Part shown: in pieces, positions 1-7,905 of the stretch
Layout of the letters: each line of letters opens with the position of its first letter
How positions within the stretch are numbered: position 1 is the first letter of the stretch
NCBI GenBank assembly: GCA_030603695.1
Contig: JAUVXF010000012.1
Span: forward strand, 20,795-84,794
Source of the DNA: Natronohydrobacter sp.
Lineage (GTDB): Bacteria > Pseudomonadota > Alphaproteobacteria > Rhodobacterales > Rhodobacteraceae
Direction: 5' to 3'
DNA length: 64,000 nucleotides
The notes under the pieces: model-generated
Database searches by the model: none
What the model saw: the letters and a program-made list of their open reading frames with translations, nothing else
Told to the model about the DNA's origin: nothing
Program-made: the position numbers and the translations under genes

Positions 1-1230
1 CAGGATGACGCCGCGATGGAAGCAGAGGTTGCGCGCCTGTCGCCGGGGGATGTGGCGGGCTATCGCAAGTTTCTAAGCGACTCTGAGGATCGCTATTGGT
101 TTGGCTATGAAAACCTTGGCCGCCGCCCGATGAATGAGCTTTGGGAATTGATCAAGGTCTTGCCGCGCTTTGCATGGTTGCGCGCCGATCGGTCTGTCTA
201 TGCCCATGCCGCACGGCGCGTGCGCGACCCGCGCTTGCGCTTTGCCCTGTCGTTTCACCCGCTGTTCATTGGCGGCGATCCGTTTCGCGTGACATCCATG
301 TATATTCTTGTCAGCCATCTGGAGAAAGCCTTTGGCGTGCATTACGCGATGGGCGGGGTGCAGGCGATTGCCAAGGCCATGGCGCAAGTGATCCGCGATC
401 AGGGCGGCCAGTTGCGGATGGAAACCGAGGTGGACGAGATATTGGTGGAACACGGGCGCGCGGCAGGTGTGCGGCTGGCCAATGGCGCGCGGCTGGATGC
501 GGCGGTGGTGGTATCCAACGCCGATGCGGGACATACCTATACGCGGCTGTTGCGCAACCGGCCCCGCAAACGCTGGACAGATGCCAAATTGCAGCGCACG
601 CGCTGGTCTATGGGGCTGTTCGTGTGGTATTTCGGCACGAAAGGCACGCGCAACATGTGGCGCGATGTGGGCCATCATACGATTGTGGTGGGGCCACGCT
701 ACCGCGCCCATATCAAGGATATTTTCATCAATGGACATCTGGCCGATGATATGAGCCTCTATGTCCACCGCCCCTCTGTCACTGACAGTTCTGTTGCGCC
801 CGATGGGGATGACTGCTTTTATGTCCTCTCGCCTGTGCCGCATCTGGGGCATAAAAACGGTGTGGATTGGGCGCAAGAGGAAGAACCCTACCGCCAGAAA
901 ATGCTGGCCATGCTGGAAGAGCGGCTGTTGCCGGGCCTGTCTGCGCATCTGAGCGAAAGCCTTGTCTTTACGCCAGAAACCTTCCGCGACCGCTATCTCT
1001 CGCCACTTGGTGCAGGGTTTTCCATCGAACCACGAATTTTGCAAAGCGCCTATTTCCGCCCGCATAATGTCTCAGAGGAAGTGCCGGGCCTGTATCTGGC
1101 AGGGGCTGGAACACATCCGGGCGCAGGCGTGCCCGGCGTGATCGGCACGGCAGAGGTGCTGGCCCAGCTTGTGCCCGATGCGCCCGCCACTGCCCGCCCC
1201 GCCACCCCTTTGCCCATGGCCGCAGAATGA
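1..1230 (+). CDS. crtI: Phytoene desaturase CrtI, 5'-truncated by the window edge
   Basis: ORF 16..1230 stays open in the same frame back to base 1. The translation (HPLFIGGDPF, C-terminal GAGTHPGAGVPGV) fits the CrtI-type carotenoid desaturase family. It has an ATGA overlap with crtB. Confidence 0.9.
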   Translation, partial: QDDAAMEAEVARLSPGDVAGYRKFLSDSEDRYWFGYENLGRRPMNELWELIKVLPRFAWLRADRSVYAHAARRVRDPRLRFALSFHPLFIGGDPFRVTSMYILVSHLEKAFGVHYAMGGVQAIAKAMAQVIRDQGGQLRMETEVDEILVEHGRAAGVRLANGARLDAAVVVSNADAGHTYTRLLRNRPRKRWTDAKLQRTRWSMGLFVWYFGTKGTRNMWRDVGHHTIVVGPRYRAHIKDIFINGHLADDMSLYVHRPSVTDSSVAPDGDDCFYVLSPVPHLGHKNGVDWAQEEEPYRQKMLAMLEERLLPGLSAHLSESLVFTPETFRDRYLSPLGAGFSIEPRILQSAYFRPHNVSEEVPGLYLAGAGTHPGAGVPGVIGTAEVLAQLVPDAPATARPATPLPMAAE

Positions 1231-2264
1231 GCGCCGATACCGATATGGAAGCCTGCCGCGCGGCCATCCGCACAGGCTCGCTGTCTTTTCACGCGGCATC
1301 AAAGCTGCTGCCCGCCACTGTGCGCGACCCGGCACTTGTGCTTTATGCCTTTTGCCGGCTGGCCGATGATGCCGTGGATGAAGGGCACGATCCCACACAG
1401 GCCGTGTTGCACCTGCAAGACCGTCTGGACAGCGCCTATGCAGGCCAGCCCCATAACGCCGCCATAGACCGCGCCTTTGCCCGCATGATAGAGCGCCACC
1501 AAATGCCGCGCGCCCTGCCCGATGCGCTGCTGGAAGGGCTGGCATGGGATGCCGAAGGGCGGCGGTTTGACACCCTTTCCGGCGTGCTGGACTATTCCGC
1601 GCGCGTGGCGGCTGTGGTGGGGGCCATGATGTGCGTTCTGATGGGCGTGCATGATCGGCACAGGCTGGCGCGGGCCTGCGATCTGGGCTTGGCCATGCAG
1701 CTGACAAATATCGCGCGCGATGTGGGCGAAGATGCACGGCGCGGGCGGATATACCTGCCGCTGGAGTGGTTTGCCGAAAGCGGGATCAGCCCGCAGGCGT
1801 TTTTGCGCGCGCCGCAGGCCCTGCCTGAAATCTGCGCCATGACAGAACGCCTGCTGCGCGAGGCCGACAGGCTATATACCCGCGCAGAACCCGGCATTTC
1901 CGCCCTGCCCCTCGCCTGCCGCCCCGGTATCTTTGCCGCAAGCCGCATTTATCGCGGCATCGGGCAGGTGATCCGCGCGCAGGGCTGCGATAGTATCACC
2001 CAACGCGCGGTCACAACGCGCGGGCGCAAACTGGGCTGGCTGGGCCTGTCTGCGCTGCGCGCAGGGGGCAGCGTGGTGCTGCCGCAAATGGCCACGCTTT
2101 ATGCAAGGCCACAGCCAGAGACCACCTTTCTGGTGCAGGCGGCCACGCGCGAGAATACGCGCTTCAGCCGCTCGGAAACCCTGATTACCGCGCTGTCGCG
2201 GCTGCGCGCGCAAGATATGAAGCGGCGAGAGGCCCATACAGGCTTGGATCGGCGCAGCGCCTGA
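1227..2264 (+). CDS. crtB: Phytoene synthase CrtB
   Basis: 345 aa with squalene/phytoene synthase signatures (YAFCRLADDAVDE, NIARDVGEDARRGRIYLP). It lies directly after crtI, overlapping its stop. Confidence 0.9.
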   Translation: MSADTDMEACRAAIRTGSLSFHAASKLLPATVRDPALVLYAFCRLADDAVDEGHDPTQAVLHLQDRLDSAYAGQPHNAAIDRAFARMIERHQMPRALPDALLEGLAWDAEGRRFDTLSGVLDYSARVAAVVGAMMCVLMGVHDRHRLARACDLGLAMQLTNIARDVGEDARRGRIYLPLEWFAESGISPQAFLRAPQALPEICAMTERLLREADRLYTRAEPGISALPLACRPGIFAASRIYRGIGQVIRAQGCDSITQRAVTTRGRKLGWLGLSALRAGGSVVLPQMATLYARPQPETTFLVQAATRENTRFSRSETLITALSRLRAQDMKRREAHTGLDRRSA

Positions 2265-2295
2265 CTTACATATTCCCCCAGCGGCAAAACGCGCC

Positions 2296-2344
2296 CGCGC
2301 CCCTTGGGGCGCGCAAATGTTTGTCTTGCGCCCCTTGGGGCGCA
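2296..2344. repeat. Two copies of an 18-bp perfect palindrome sharing the core GCGCCCCTTGGGGCGC, with centres 31 bp apart
   Basis: Read directly: CGCGCCCCTTGGGGCGCG at 2296..2313 and TGCGCCCCTTGGGGCGCA at 2327..2344. Both lie between the crtB stop (2264) and the tspO ATG (2397). Confidence 0.8.
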
Positions 2345-2396
2345 CAATTGGATCAAGCCCGGCTGGCTGTCAGTGCGGGTGGCAAGAGGGTTTTTC

Positions 2397-2855
2397 ATGG
2401 ATTGGATGCTGTTTTTCACATTTCTGGCCGCCTGTGGCGCGGCGGGTGCCACAGGTTCCATGTTCGAGCCGGGAAATTGGTATCGCGACCTTGACAAACC
2501 TGTCTGGACACCGCCGGGCTTTGTCTTTCCGCTGGTCTGGGTCACACTCTATATCGCCATCGCCTATGCTGCCATGCGCGTCGCGCCCTTGGAGGGAGCG
2601 CCGCAGGCGCTGGCCTTCTGGGCCGTGCAGATTGCGTTTAATACGCTCTGGTCGCCTGTGTTTTTCGGCCTGAAACGGATGCGCCCCGCCTTTATCGTGC
2701 TCTGCTGCCTGTGGCTGTCCGTTGCGGCCACCATGGTCAGTTTCTGGGCGCTGGATAGCGTGGCGGGAATGGTGTTTGCGCCCTATCTGCTCTGGGTGAC
2801 AATCGCGGGCGCGCTGAATTTCTCGGTCTGGAAGCGCAATCCGCAATTTGCCTGA
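2397..2855 (+). CDS. tspO: Tryptophan-rich sensory protein TspO (CrtK)
   Basis: The internal ATG at 2397 gives MDWMLFFTFLAACGAAGATG...NTLWSPVFFGLKRM, closely resembling Rhodobacter TspO. An AGAGGG RBS lies upstream. The crtB-tspO position is typical of a PGC. Confidence 0.9.
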   Translation: MDWMLFFTFLAACGAAGATGSMFEPGNWYRDLDKPVWTPPGFVFPLVWVTLYIAIAYAAMRVAPLEGAPQALAFWAVQIAFNTLWSPVFFGLKRMRPAFIVLCCLWLSVAATMVSFWALDSVAGMVFAPYLLWVTIAGALNFSVWKRNPQFA

Positions 2856-2868
2856 CATATCGCGCGGC

Positions 2869-2885
2869 GGGGGCGCATAGCCCCC
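2869..2885. terminator. Short GC hairpin (GGGGGC-GCATA-GCCCCC) between convergent tspO and idi
   Basis: The inverted repeat was read directly. There is no clear U-tract, so a terminator function is tentative. Confidence 0.3.
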
Positions 2886-2897
2886 ACCACCCCGCGC

Positions 2898-3476
2898 TTA
2901 TGCCCCGATTTTCGCTTTGCCTGTGCCGCGCCCTGCCGCAATCGGGGCAGTTCTGGCATATTGCCCGAAAATCGTTTCCAGATGTTTTGCCAGATAAATG
3001 CGCAGCCAGGGCGTAAACCGCTCTGGCCGCCGCTCGACGATAGAGCGCAGGGCGGGCAGGTTGATCCAATCCACATCTGCCACTTCCTCAGGGTTGGGGG
3101 TGACCGGCAGATCGGGCATGGCGCGGGCTGTGTAAACCTGCACCACCTCATGCTCCACCAGCCCGCCCCCCACATCGGCGCGATACTCAATCTCGCCCGC
3201 ATGGCGCAAATCCAGCCCCGAAATGCCCAATTCTTCGTTCAGGCGGCGGGTGGCGCAGTCCAGATCGCTTTCGCCCCAATGCGGGTGGGTGCAACAGGTA
3301 TTCGCCCAAAGGCCCGGCGTATGGTATTTGTGCAGCGCACGGCGCTGGATCAGCACGCGGTCGCCCTCTGTCACGAAAACGGAAATCGCCTTGTGTTTTA
3401 GCCCGCGCCTGTGCACGTCCAGCTTGTCCATGGGTTTTAGCGTGCCATCCTCCCAGGCGGGGATAAGCCAGCTCAT
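2898..3476 (-). CDS. idi: Isopentenyl-diphosphate delta-isomerase, type 1 (Nudix fold)
   Basis: MSWLIPAWEDGTLKPMDKLDVHRRGLKHKAISVFV...TNTCCTHP matches type-1 IDI as found in Rhodobacter PGCs. It has an ATGA overlap with bchP. Confidence 0.85.
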   Translation of the reverse strand: MSWLIPAWEDGTLKPMDKLDVHRRGLKHKAISVFVTEGDRVLIQRRALHKYHTPGLWANTCCTHPHWGESDLDCATRRLNEELGISGLDLRHAGEIEYRADVGGGLVEHEVVQVYTARAMPDLPVTPNPEEVADVDWINLPALRSIVERRPERFTPWLRIYLAKHLETIFGQYARTAPIAAGRGTGKAKIGA

Positions 3477-4654
3477 GTGTAGCTGGGCCGCACCAGCCCT
3501 GTCAGATGCAGCATGTTCTTGATGCCGATCTTGATATGGGCCAAAGGCCGCGCGGCCACCAGTTTCTTGTTCATATAAGCCTCGAATGTCAGGCGCTGCA
3601 CATCAATATCATGGCAGAGCGAGACAAAACGCTCGCGCCGCTCGTCGGATTTGTAATAGGCATCCTGCATCTGGCGCAACACCCGGAACACGGTTTTGTG
3701 TTCGCGCATGAACAGCTTGCGCGCCAGGGCCAAATCCTTGGCCCGGCCAGAGGCCAGCGCCGCTTGCGCGGCCGTGGCCGCCACACGCCCGCCCACCATG
3801 GCATAATAAATCCCCTCGCCGGAAGAGGGTGCAACCACCCCCGCCGCATCGCCTGCAAGCACCACATCGCGGCCATTGTCCCACCTGTCCAGCGGGCGCA
3901 GTGGTATGGGCGCGCCTTCGCGCCGGATCGTCTCGCAGCCTGTGAGGCCCGACATGGCGCGCAAATCTGCTGTGGCCTTTTTCAGATCAGCGCCGTTAAT
4001 TTCCGTGCCCATGCCCACGCTGGCATGTGCACCATGCGGAAACACCCAGCCATAAAAATCGGGCGAGATACGGCCATCATAGATCACATCGCAGCGATCG
4101 GGGTTATAGACATCATTCGCGGGCGGGGCTTTGATGATCTCGTGATAGGCAATCACATAGGGGATTTTATCGCCCCCCGGCACTTCGGCCCGCGCGACAT
4201 TGGAACGCGCGCCATCTGCACCGATCACCAGTTTTGTGGCGCTGCGCCGTTCTTCGCCGCTGGCCTTGTCGCGCCAGATGACATGGGTTCCCTGCGCATC
4301 ACGCTCTATGCGCAGGAATGTGCCTGTCAGCCGTTCGGCCCCATGCTGGGCGGCGCGGGCGCGCAGGAATTCGTCAAAATGCTCTCTGTCCACCATGCCC
4401 ACAAAGCCATTTTCGATGGGAATATCCACCGCCCGCCCGGTGGGAGAGATCATGCGCGCCGTGGTGATCTGGGCCACCACCTGCGACATGGGAATGTCAA
4501 AATCCGCAATGGCGCGCGGTGGGATGGCCCCGCCGCAAGGCTTTATCCGGCCAGCCCTGTCCAGCAGCGCCACCTTGCGGCCGGCGCGCGCCAGATCCTC
4601 TGCGGCCACAGCGCCCGAAGGCCCGCCACCCACAACGAAAACATCATATTGCAT
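3473..4654 (-). CDS. bchP: Geranylgeranyl-bacteriochlorophyllide/diphosphate reductase BchP
   Basis: 393 aa with an N-terminal FAD motif (VVGGGPSGAVAAEDLARAG). Family resemblance to BchP/ChlP, and the bchG-pucC-like-bchP-idi order. Confidence 0.9.
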   Translation of the reverse strand: MQYDVFVVGGGPSGAVAAEDLARAGRKVALLDRAGRIKPCGGAIPPRAIADFDIPMSQVVAQITTARMISPTGRAVDIPIENGFVGMVDREHFDEFLRARAAQHGAERLTGTFLRIERDAQGTHVIWRDKASGEERRSATKLVIGADGARSNVARAEVPGGDKIPYVIAYHEIIKAPPANDVYNPDRCDVIYDGRISPDFYGWVFPHGAHASVGMGTEINGADLKKATADLRAMSGLTGCETIRREGAPIPLRPLDRWDNGRDVVLAGDAAGVVAPSSGEGIYYAMVGGRVAATAAQAALASGRAKDLALARKLFMREHKTVFRVLRQMQDAYYKSDERRERFVSLCHDIDVQRLTFEAYMNKKLVAARPLAHIKIGIKNMLHLTGLVRPSYT

Positions 4655-4657
4655 GGC

Positions 4658-5929
4658 CTATTCCCCCGGAACCATCAGCGCATTTGGGCGCGGTGACATG
4701 ATGCGCGCAGCCAAGGCCGCAGACGCTATGAAAATTGTTGCCTGAAACAGGAAAACCGCGCCAAAGGCATCTGCCACCGGCAAGAGGCTACGCGCCAGAT
4801 CCACCAGCGCGGCCCCTGTCAGCCCGCCAAACCCTGCCGCAATCGCCTGTGATGCGCCCCACAGCCCAACCCGCGCGCCTTCGCGTTTGTCGCGCCCCTC
4901 GCCTGCAAGCTGCATCATGGCGCCAATCGCGGCCACGGCGAACATGCCATTGAAAAACCCCAGCGCCACCACCAGCGGAACCAAGGGCAGCGCCCAGAGG
5001 CTTGCCCCCGCAATCGCCACCAGCATCAGCGCAGAGCCAGCGCACCCCGCCACAACCCATGTCCGCAGCGAGCCGATGCGCAAGCCAGAGGCCGCAACCC
5101 CCACCAGCACCATGCCCAGAAAAACCCCGCCATTTTGCGCGCCCGACATCTGCGTGGATTGCCCCGGCGTAAAGCCGAACACCAATCCGGCATAGGGCTC
5201 TAAGATCAACTCTTGCATGAAATAGGCGGTCATGGACAGAAACACGAAAAAGGTGAAATGGCGCGCGCGGGTATCTGCCCATATGTCGCGCATACCGTCG
5301 CGAAACCGTGCAGGCGGAGGGGCCGGGCGGATAACCACCCGCAGCTCTATCCCCCAGACGGCAGCCGTGGTCAGCGCCACTGCGCCCGCGCAAATGATGG
5401 CCACAACCATCAGCAAGCGCGCATGGCTGTAGGGATCAAGGAATTTGCCCGCCGTGATGGCCGTAAGCGCGATGCCTGCAATCATCATCAGCCATGTGAT
5501 TGTGGCCGCAGCCGGGCGGCGGTGTTCGGCAGTGGCCGTGGCCAAAAGCGCCAGAAGCGATGTGCCAGAGGCACCAACCCCCAGCCCGATCACCGCATAG
5601 GCCAGCAGCGATAGCGCAAGGCCAAGGGCAAAATTGCTCTCCAGCAGCGGAATGGCCAGCGCCGCGCCCAAGCCCCCCGCCGCCAGAATGGCCATGCCCG
5701 CAATGATCCAGCGTGTGCGGTTGCCGCCCTGATCTGCCAGATGGCCCCATTGCGGCCGCGTGATCTGCACGCCGTAATGCAGCGCCACCAGAAACCCCGG
5801 CAAAACCACCGGCAAGGACAGTTCCACCACCATCAGACGGTTGAGGGTGGATGTCATCATCACCACAATCGCGCCAAGGCTGGCTTGCACCAGCCCAAGG
5901 CGGAAAATCTGGCCCCAGCCCAGCGTCAT
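4658..5929 (-). CDS. PucC/LhaA-family MFS protein of the bchG-bchP operon (orf427/428-like)
   Basis: 423 aa polytopic membrane protein. Its N-terminus (FRLGLVQASLGAIVVMMTSTLNRLMVVEL) is paralogous to the lhaA product in this window (LRLSLFQVSVGMATVLLLGTLNRVMIVEL). It sits in the classical position between bchG and bchP. Confidence 0.85.
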   Translation of the reverse strand: MTLGWGQIFRLGLVQASLGAIVVMMTSTLNRLMVVELSLPVVLPGFLVALHYGVQITRPQWGHLADQGGNRTRWIIAGMAILAAGGLGAALAIPLLESNFALGLALSLLAYAVIGLGVGASGTSLLALLATATAEHRRPAAATITWLMMIAGIALTAITAGKFLDPYSHARLLMVVAIICAGAVALTTAAVWGIELRVVIRPAPPPARFRDGMRDIWADTRARHFTFFVFLSMTAYFMQELILEPYAGLVFGFTPGQSTQMSGAQNGGVFLGMVLVGVAASGLRIGSLRTWVVAGCAGSALMLVAIAGASLWALPLVPLVVALGFFNGMFAVAAIGAMMQLAGEGRDKREGARVGLWGASQAIAAGFGGLTGAALVDLARSLLPVADAFGAVFLFQATIFIASAALAARIMSPRPNALMVPGE

Positions 5930-6834
5930 GCGCCCAACCCCCGCAATGCGAAGGCGGCAACCATCATGCCCAGCACATAGGGGCCAACGCCTGTGCCATT
6001 AAACCATGGTGCAAGGCGCGCAGGGTCTTGGCGCCAGCGGCCCAAGGCCCAGATTTGCACGCCAATGCCCAGCGCGATCAGGCCCGCATGCACAGGCGCG
6101 CCCCAGATTATCAGCAAAAACACCACAACCAGTTGCGCCAGCACCATAACCGTGCCCGCCACTGTAGCCGCATCTACCGGGCCAAGCGTGACCGGCAGGG
6201 ATTTCAGGCCCATCTGGCGGTCGCCCTCTATCGCTTTGAAATCATTGATTGTCATGATGCCATGCGCGCCCAGCCCATACAGAACCGCAATGGCCACAAT
6301 TTCAAACCGTGGCGCACCGGCGGCGATAACGGCAGCGCCGGTAAACCATGGCAGCGATTCATAGCTTAGCCCCACCAGCCCCGGCCCCCACCAGCCAGAG
6401 CGCTTGGCGCGCACGGGTTCGGCGGAATAGGCCCATGCAGCCAGCACGCCCACCACTGTCGCGCCAAAGCCCCAGGGGCCAAGCTGCCAGCCTACAGCCA
6501 GTGCAAAGGCGCTCATCACCAATGCGATATACAGCCCCCAGCGGCCCGGAATGCGGCCCGATGGAATGGGGCGGTTGGGTTCATTGATGGCGTCCACATG
6601 CCGGTCGCACCAGTCATTCGCAGCCTGCGACATGCCGCAGACAATCGGCCCGGCCAAAAGCACCCCCAGCACCACCAAAGCCCAGCTTTCGGGCCAGACC
6701 CCGACAGAGATGATACCGCACAGATAGGCCCACATCGGCGGGAACCATGTGATCGGCTTTATCAGTTCCAGCATCGCGCGCGGTTGCGGCAGGCTGGAGG
6801 GGTTGGGGCGGGTTGCAAGACTCAGATCGCTCAT
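5926..6834 (-). CDS. bchG: Bacteriochlorophyll a synthase BchG (UbiA prenyltransferase family)
   Basis: 302 aa. MLELIKPITWFPPMWAYLCG and NDWCDRHVDAINEPNRPIPSG are BchG/ChlG hallmarks. It has an ATGA overlap with the downstream pucC-like gene. Confidence 0.9.
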   Translation of the reverse strand: MSDLSLATRPNPSSLPQPRAMLELIKPITWFPPMWAYLCGIISVGVWPESWALVVLGVLLAGPIVCGMSQAANDWCDRHVDAINEPNRPIPSGRIPGRWGLYIALVMSAFALAVGWQLGPWGFGATVVGVLAAWAYSAEPVRAKRSGWWGPGLVGLSYESLPWFTGAAVIAAGAPRFEIVAIAVLYGLGAHGIMTINDFKAIEGDRQMGLKSLPVTLGPVDAATVAGTVMVLAQLVVVFLLIIWGAPVHAGLIALGIGVQIWALGRWRQDPARLAPWFNGTGVGPYVLGMMVAAFALRGLGA

Positions 6835-6836
6835 GC

Positions 6837-6854
6837 TGTAAACTTTGCATTACA
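6837..6854. promoter_or_regulatory. PpsR/CrtJ operator palindrome TGT-N12-ACA (TGTAAACTTTGCATTACA)
   Basis: A perfect consensus read directly, starting 3 nt upstream of the bchG ATG. On the minus strand it covers the candidate -10 TGTAAT. Confidence 0.65.
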
Positions 6855-6877
6855 TTTTTCATTCCAGCAAGTGTTAA
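6849..6877 (-). promoter_or_regulatory. Candidate sigma70-type bchG promoter (TTAACA-N17-TGTAAT on the minus strand)
   Basis: The minus-strand reading is TTAACActtgctggaatgaaaaaTGTAAT, followed 14 nt later by the bchG ATG. Each hexamer lies inside one PpsR palindrome. Confidence 0.45.
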
Positions 6878-6889
6878 TTCGCCCTGACA
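6872..6889. promoter_or_regulatory. PpsR/CrtJ operator palindrome TGT-N12-ACA (TGTTAATTCGCCCTGACA)
   Basis: A perfect consensus, 17 bp from the first box. On the minus strand it covers the candidate -35 TTAACA. Confidence 0.65.
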
Positions 6890-6979
6890 GTGCGCGAGTT
6901 TCCGCGCAAGGCCAGATACGGCAGGTTGAACCAGAACTTGCCGCGCATATCTGCACCCAAACACATGAAGGAGACTGTC

Positions 6980-7231
6980 GTGAAACTGCGCTATATTTTC
7001 CCCGTTACCCTTGCGCTAAGCGCTGCGCCCGCGCTGGCAGATCGCACCCCACCGGCCGAGGCCCTGCCCCTGTCCGCCATCATCACAGCGCTGGAAGCGC
7101 GCTATGACATCCGCTTCATTGACGAGATTGACTGGGATGAAGACGGCTATTGGGAGGTAGAGCTTTACACCAAGGACGGGGCCAAGGTGGAAGTAAAGCT
7201 TGATCCCATAACAGGAAAGCCGCGCCGATAG
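6980..7231 (+). CDS. Small secreted PepSY-domain protein
   Basis: C-terminal DEDGYWEVELYTKDGAKVEVKLDPITGK is a typical PepSY motif. GTG at 6980 follows an AAGGAG RBS (6968..6973) and gives the signal-peptide-like start MKLRYIFPVTLALSAAPALA. An alternative ATG lies at 6965. Confidence 0.6.
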   Translation: MKLRYIFPVTLALSAAPALADRTPPAEALPLSAIITALEARYDIRFIDEIDWDEDGYWEVELYTKDGAKVEVKLDPITGKPRR

Positions 7232-7305
7232 ATTGCCCGGCACAGGTGGTGGTTTGGGGCAAAAGGGGGCATAGCCGCACCGCAGGCACTGGATGTTGCC
7301 TGACG

Positions 7306-7905
7306 TTATGCCGCCTTGCCCGCTGGCTGGATCTCAAAGCGACAGGCCCGCGCGCCGCTGGCTGTGCAGGCCAGTTCCACCACGCGCACATCCGGCCAGA
7401 CCAGCGCACCAAAAAGCCGTTCAAATACGGCCACATGCCAATGACAGATCGGGCCATCCGCGCCGCCCACGGCCAAGGGATTGCCCGCAATTTCAAATGT
7501 CAGGGGCCTGTGGCTGGTAATGCGAAACACCCCAGAGCCTGCGAATGTCCAGCTATGCTTGGCAATTGCGGCAGATAACAGCCGCGCCCCTGCCCATGCC
7601 GGAACATGCCGGATAAGCCATTGCGCGGCAGGCGGGATACGGTGGGCCAGAATGTAATCGCCCGTGCCCAACCCCGCCGCGCGCTGAATTTCCGCCGCGC
7701 GGTCGGGCAGGAACAGGCGCACGGCATGGTGCAAGCGCGCTACCTCATCTTGCGGCAGCATGCCGGCATCTGGGGGCGGTTCTGCCACCCCTGCGCGGAA
7801 AAGCAGGGCATTGCGCAACCGCTCTCCGATCATGGCATCCAGAACCGGGATATGCTGCAAGACCGCATTTGGCCCTATGCGTGCCGGGGCGGCCAAGGCG
7901 CTCAT
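7306..7905 (-). CDS. bchJ: BchJ (V4R-domain bacteriochlorophyll biosynthesis protein)
   Basis: 199 aa starting [14 protein letters not shown], with a C-terminal Cys-containing V4R-like region ([14 protein letters not shown]...ACRFEI). It has a 4-nt overlap with bchE. Confidence 0.8.
   Translation of the reverse strand: MSALAAPARIGPNAVLQHIPVLDAMIGERLRNALLFRAGVAEPPPDAGMLPQDEVARLHHAVRLFLPDRAAEIQRAAGLGTGDYILAHRIPPAAQWLIRHVPAWAGARLLSAAIAKHSWTFAGSGVFRITSHRPLTFEIAGNPLAVGGADGPICHWHVAVFERLFGALVWPDVRVVELACTASGARACRFEIQPAGKAA

Noticed and set aside
3506-4696. 396-aa plus-strand ORF opposite bchP. Similar large antisense ORFs lie at 7869..9377 (opposite bchE), 28299..29492 (opposite kdsB), 32798..34492 (opposite icd), 37990..39039 (opposite queA), 41637..42719 (opposite lpdA), and 45426..46853 and 47796..48914 (opposite uvrA/dnaE)
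   Set aside because: Each lies antisense to a gene with clear family signatures and itself shows none. I treat them as GC-driven shadow ORFs.
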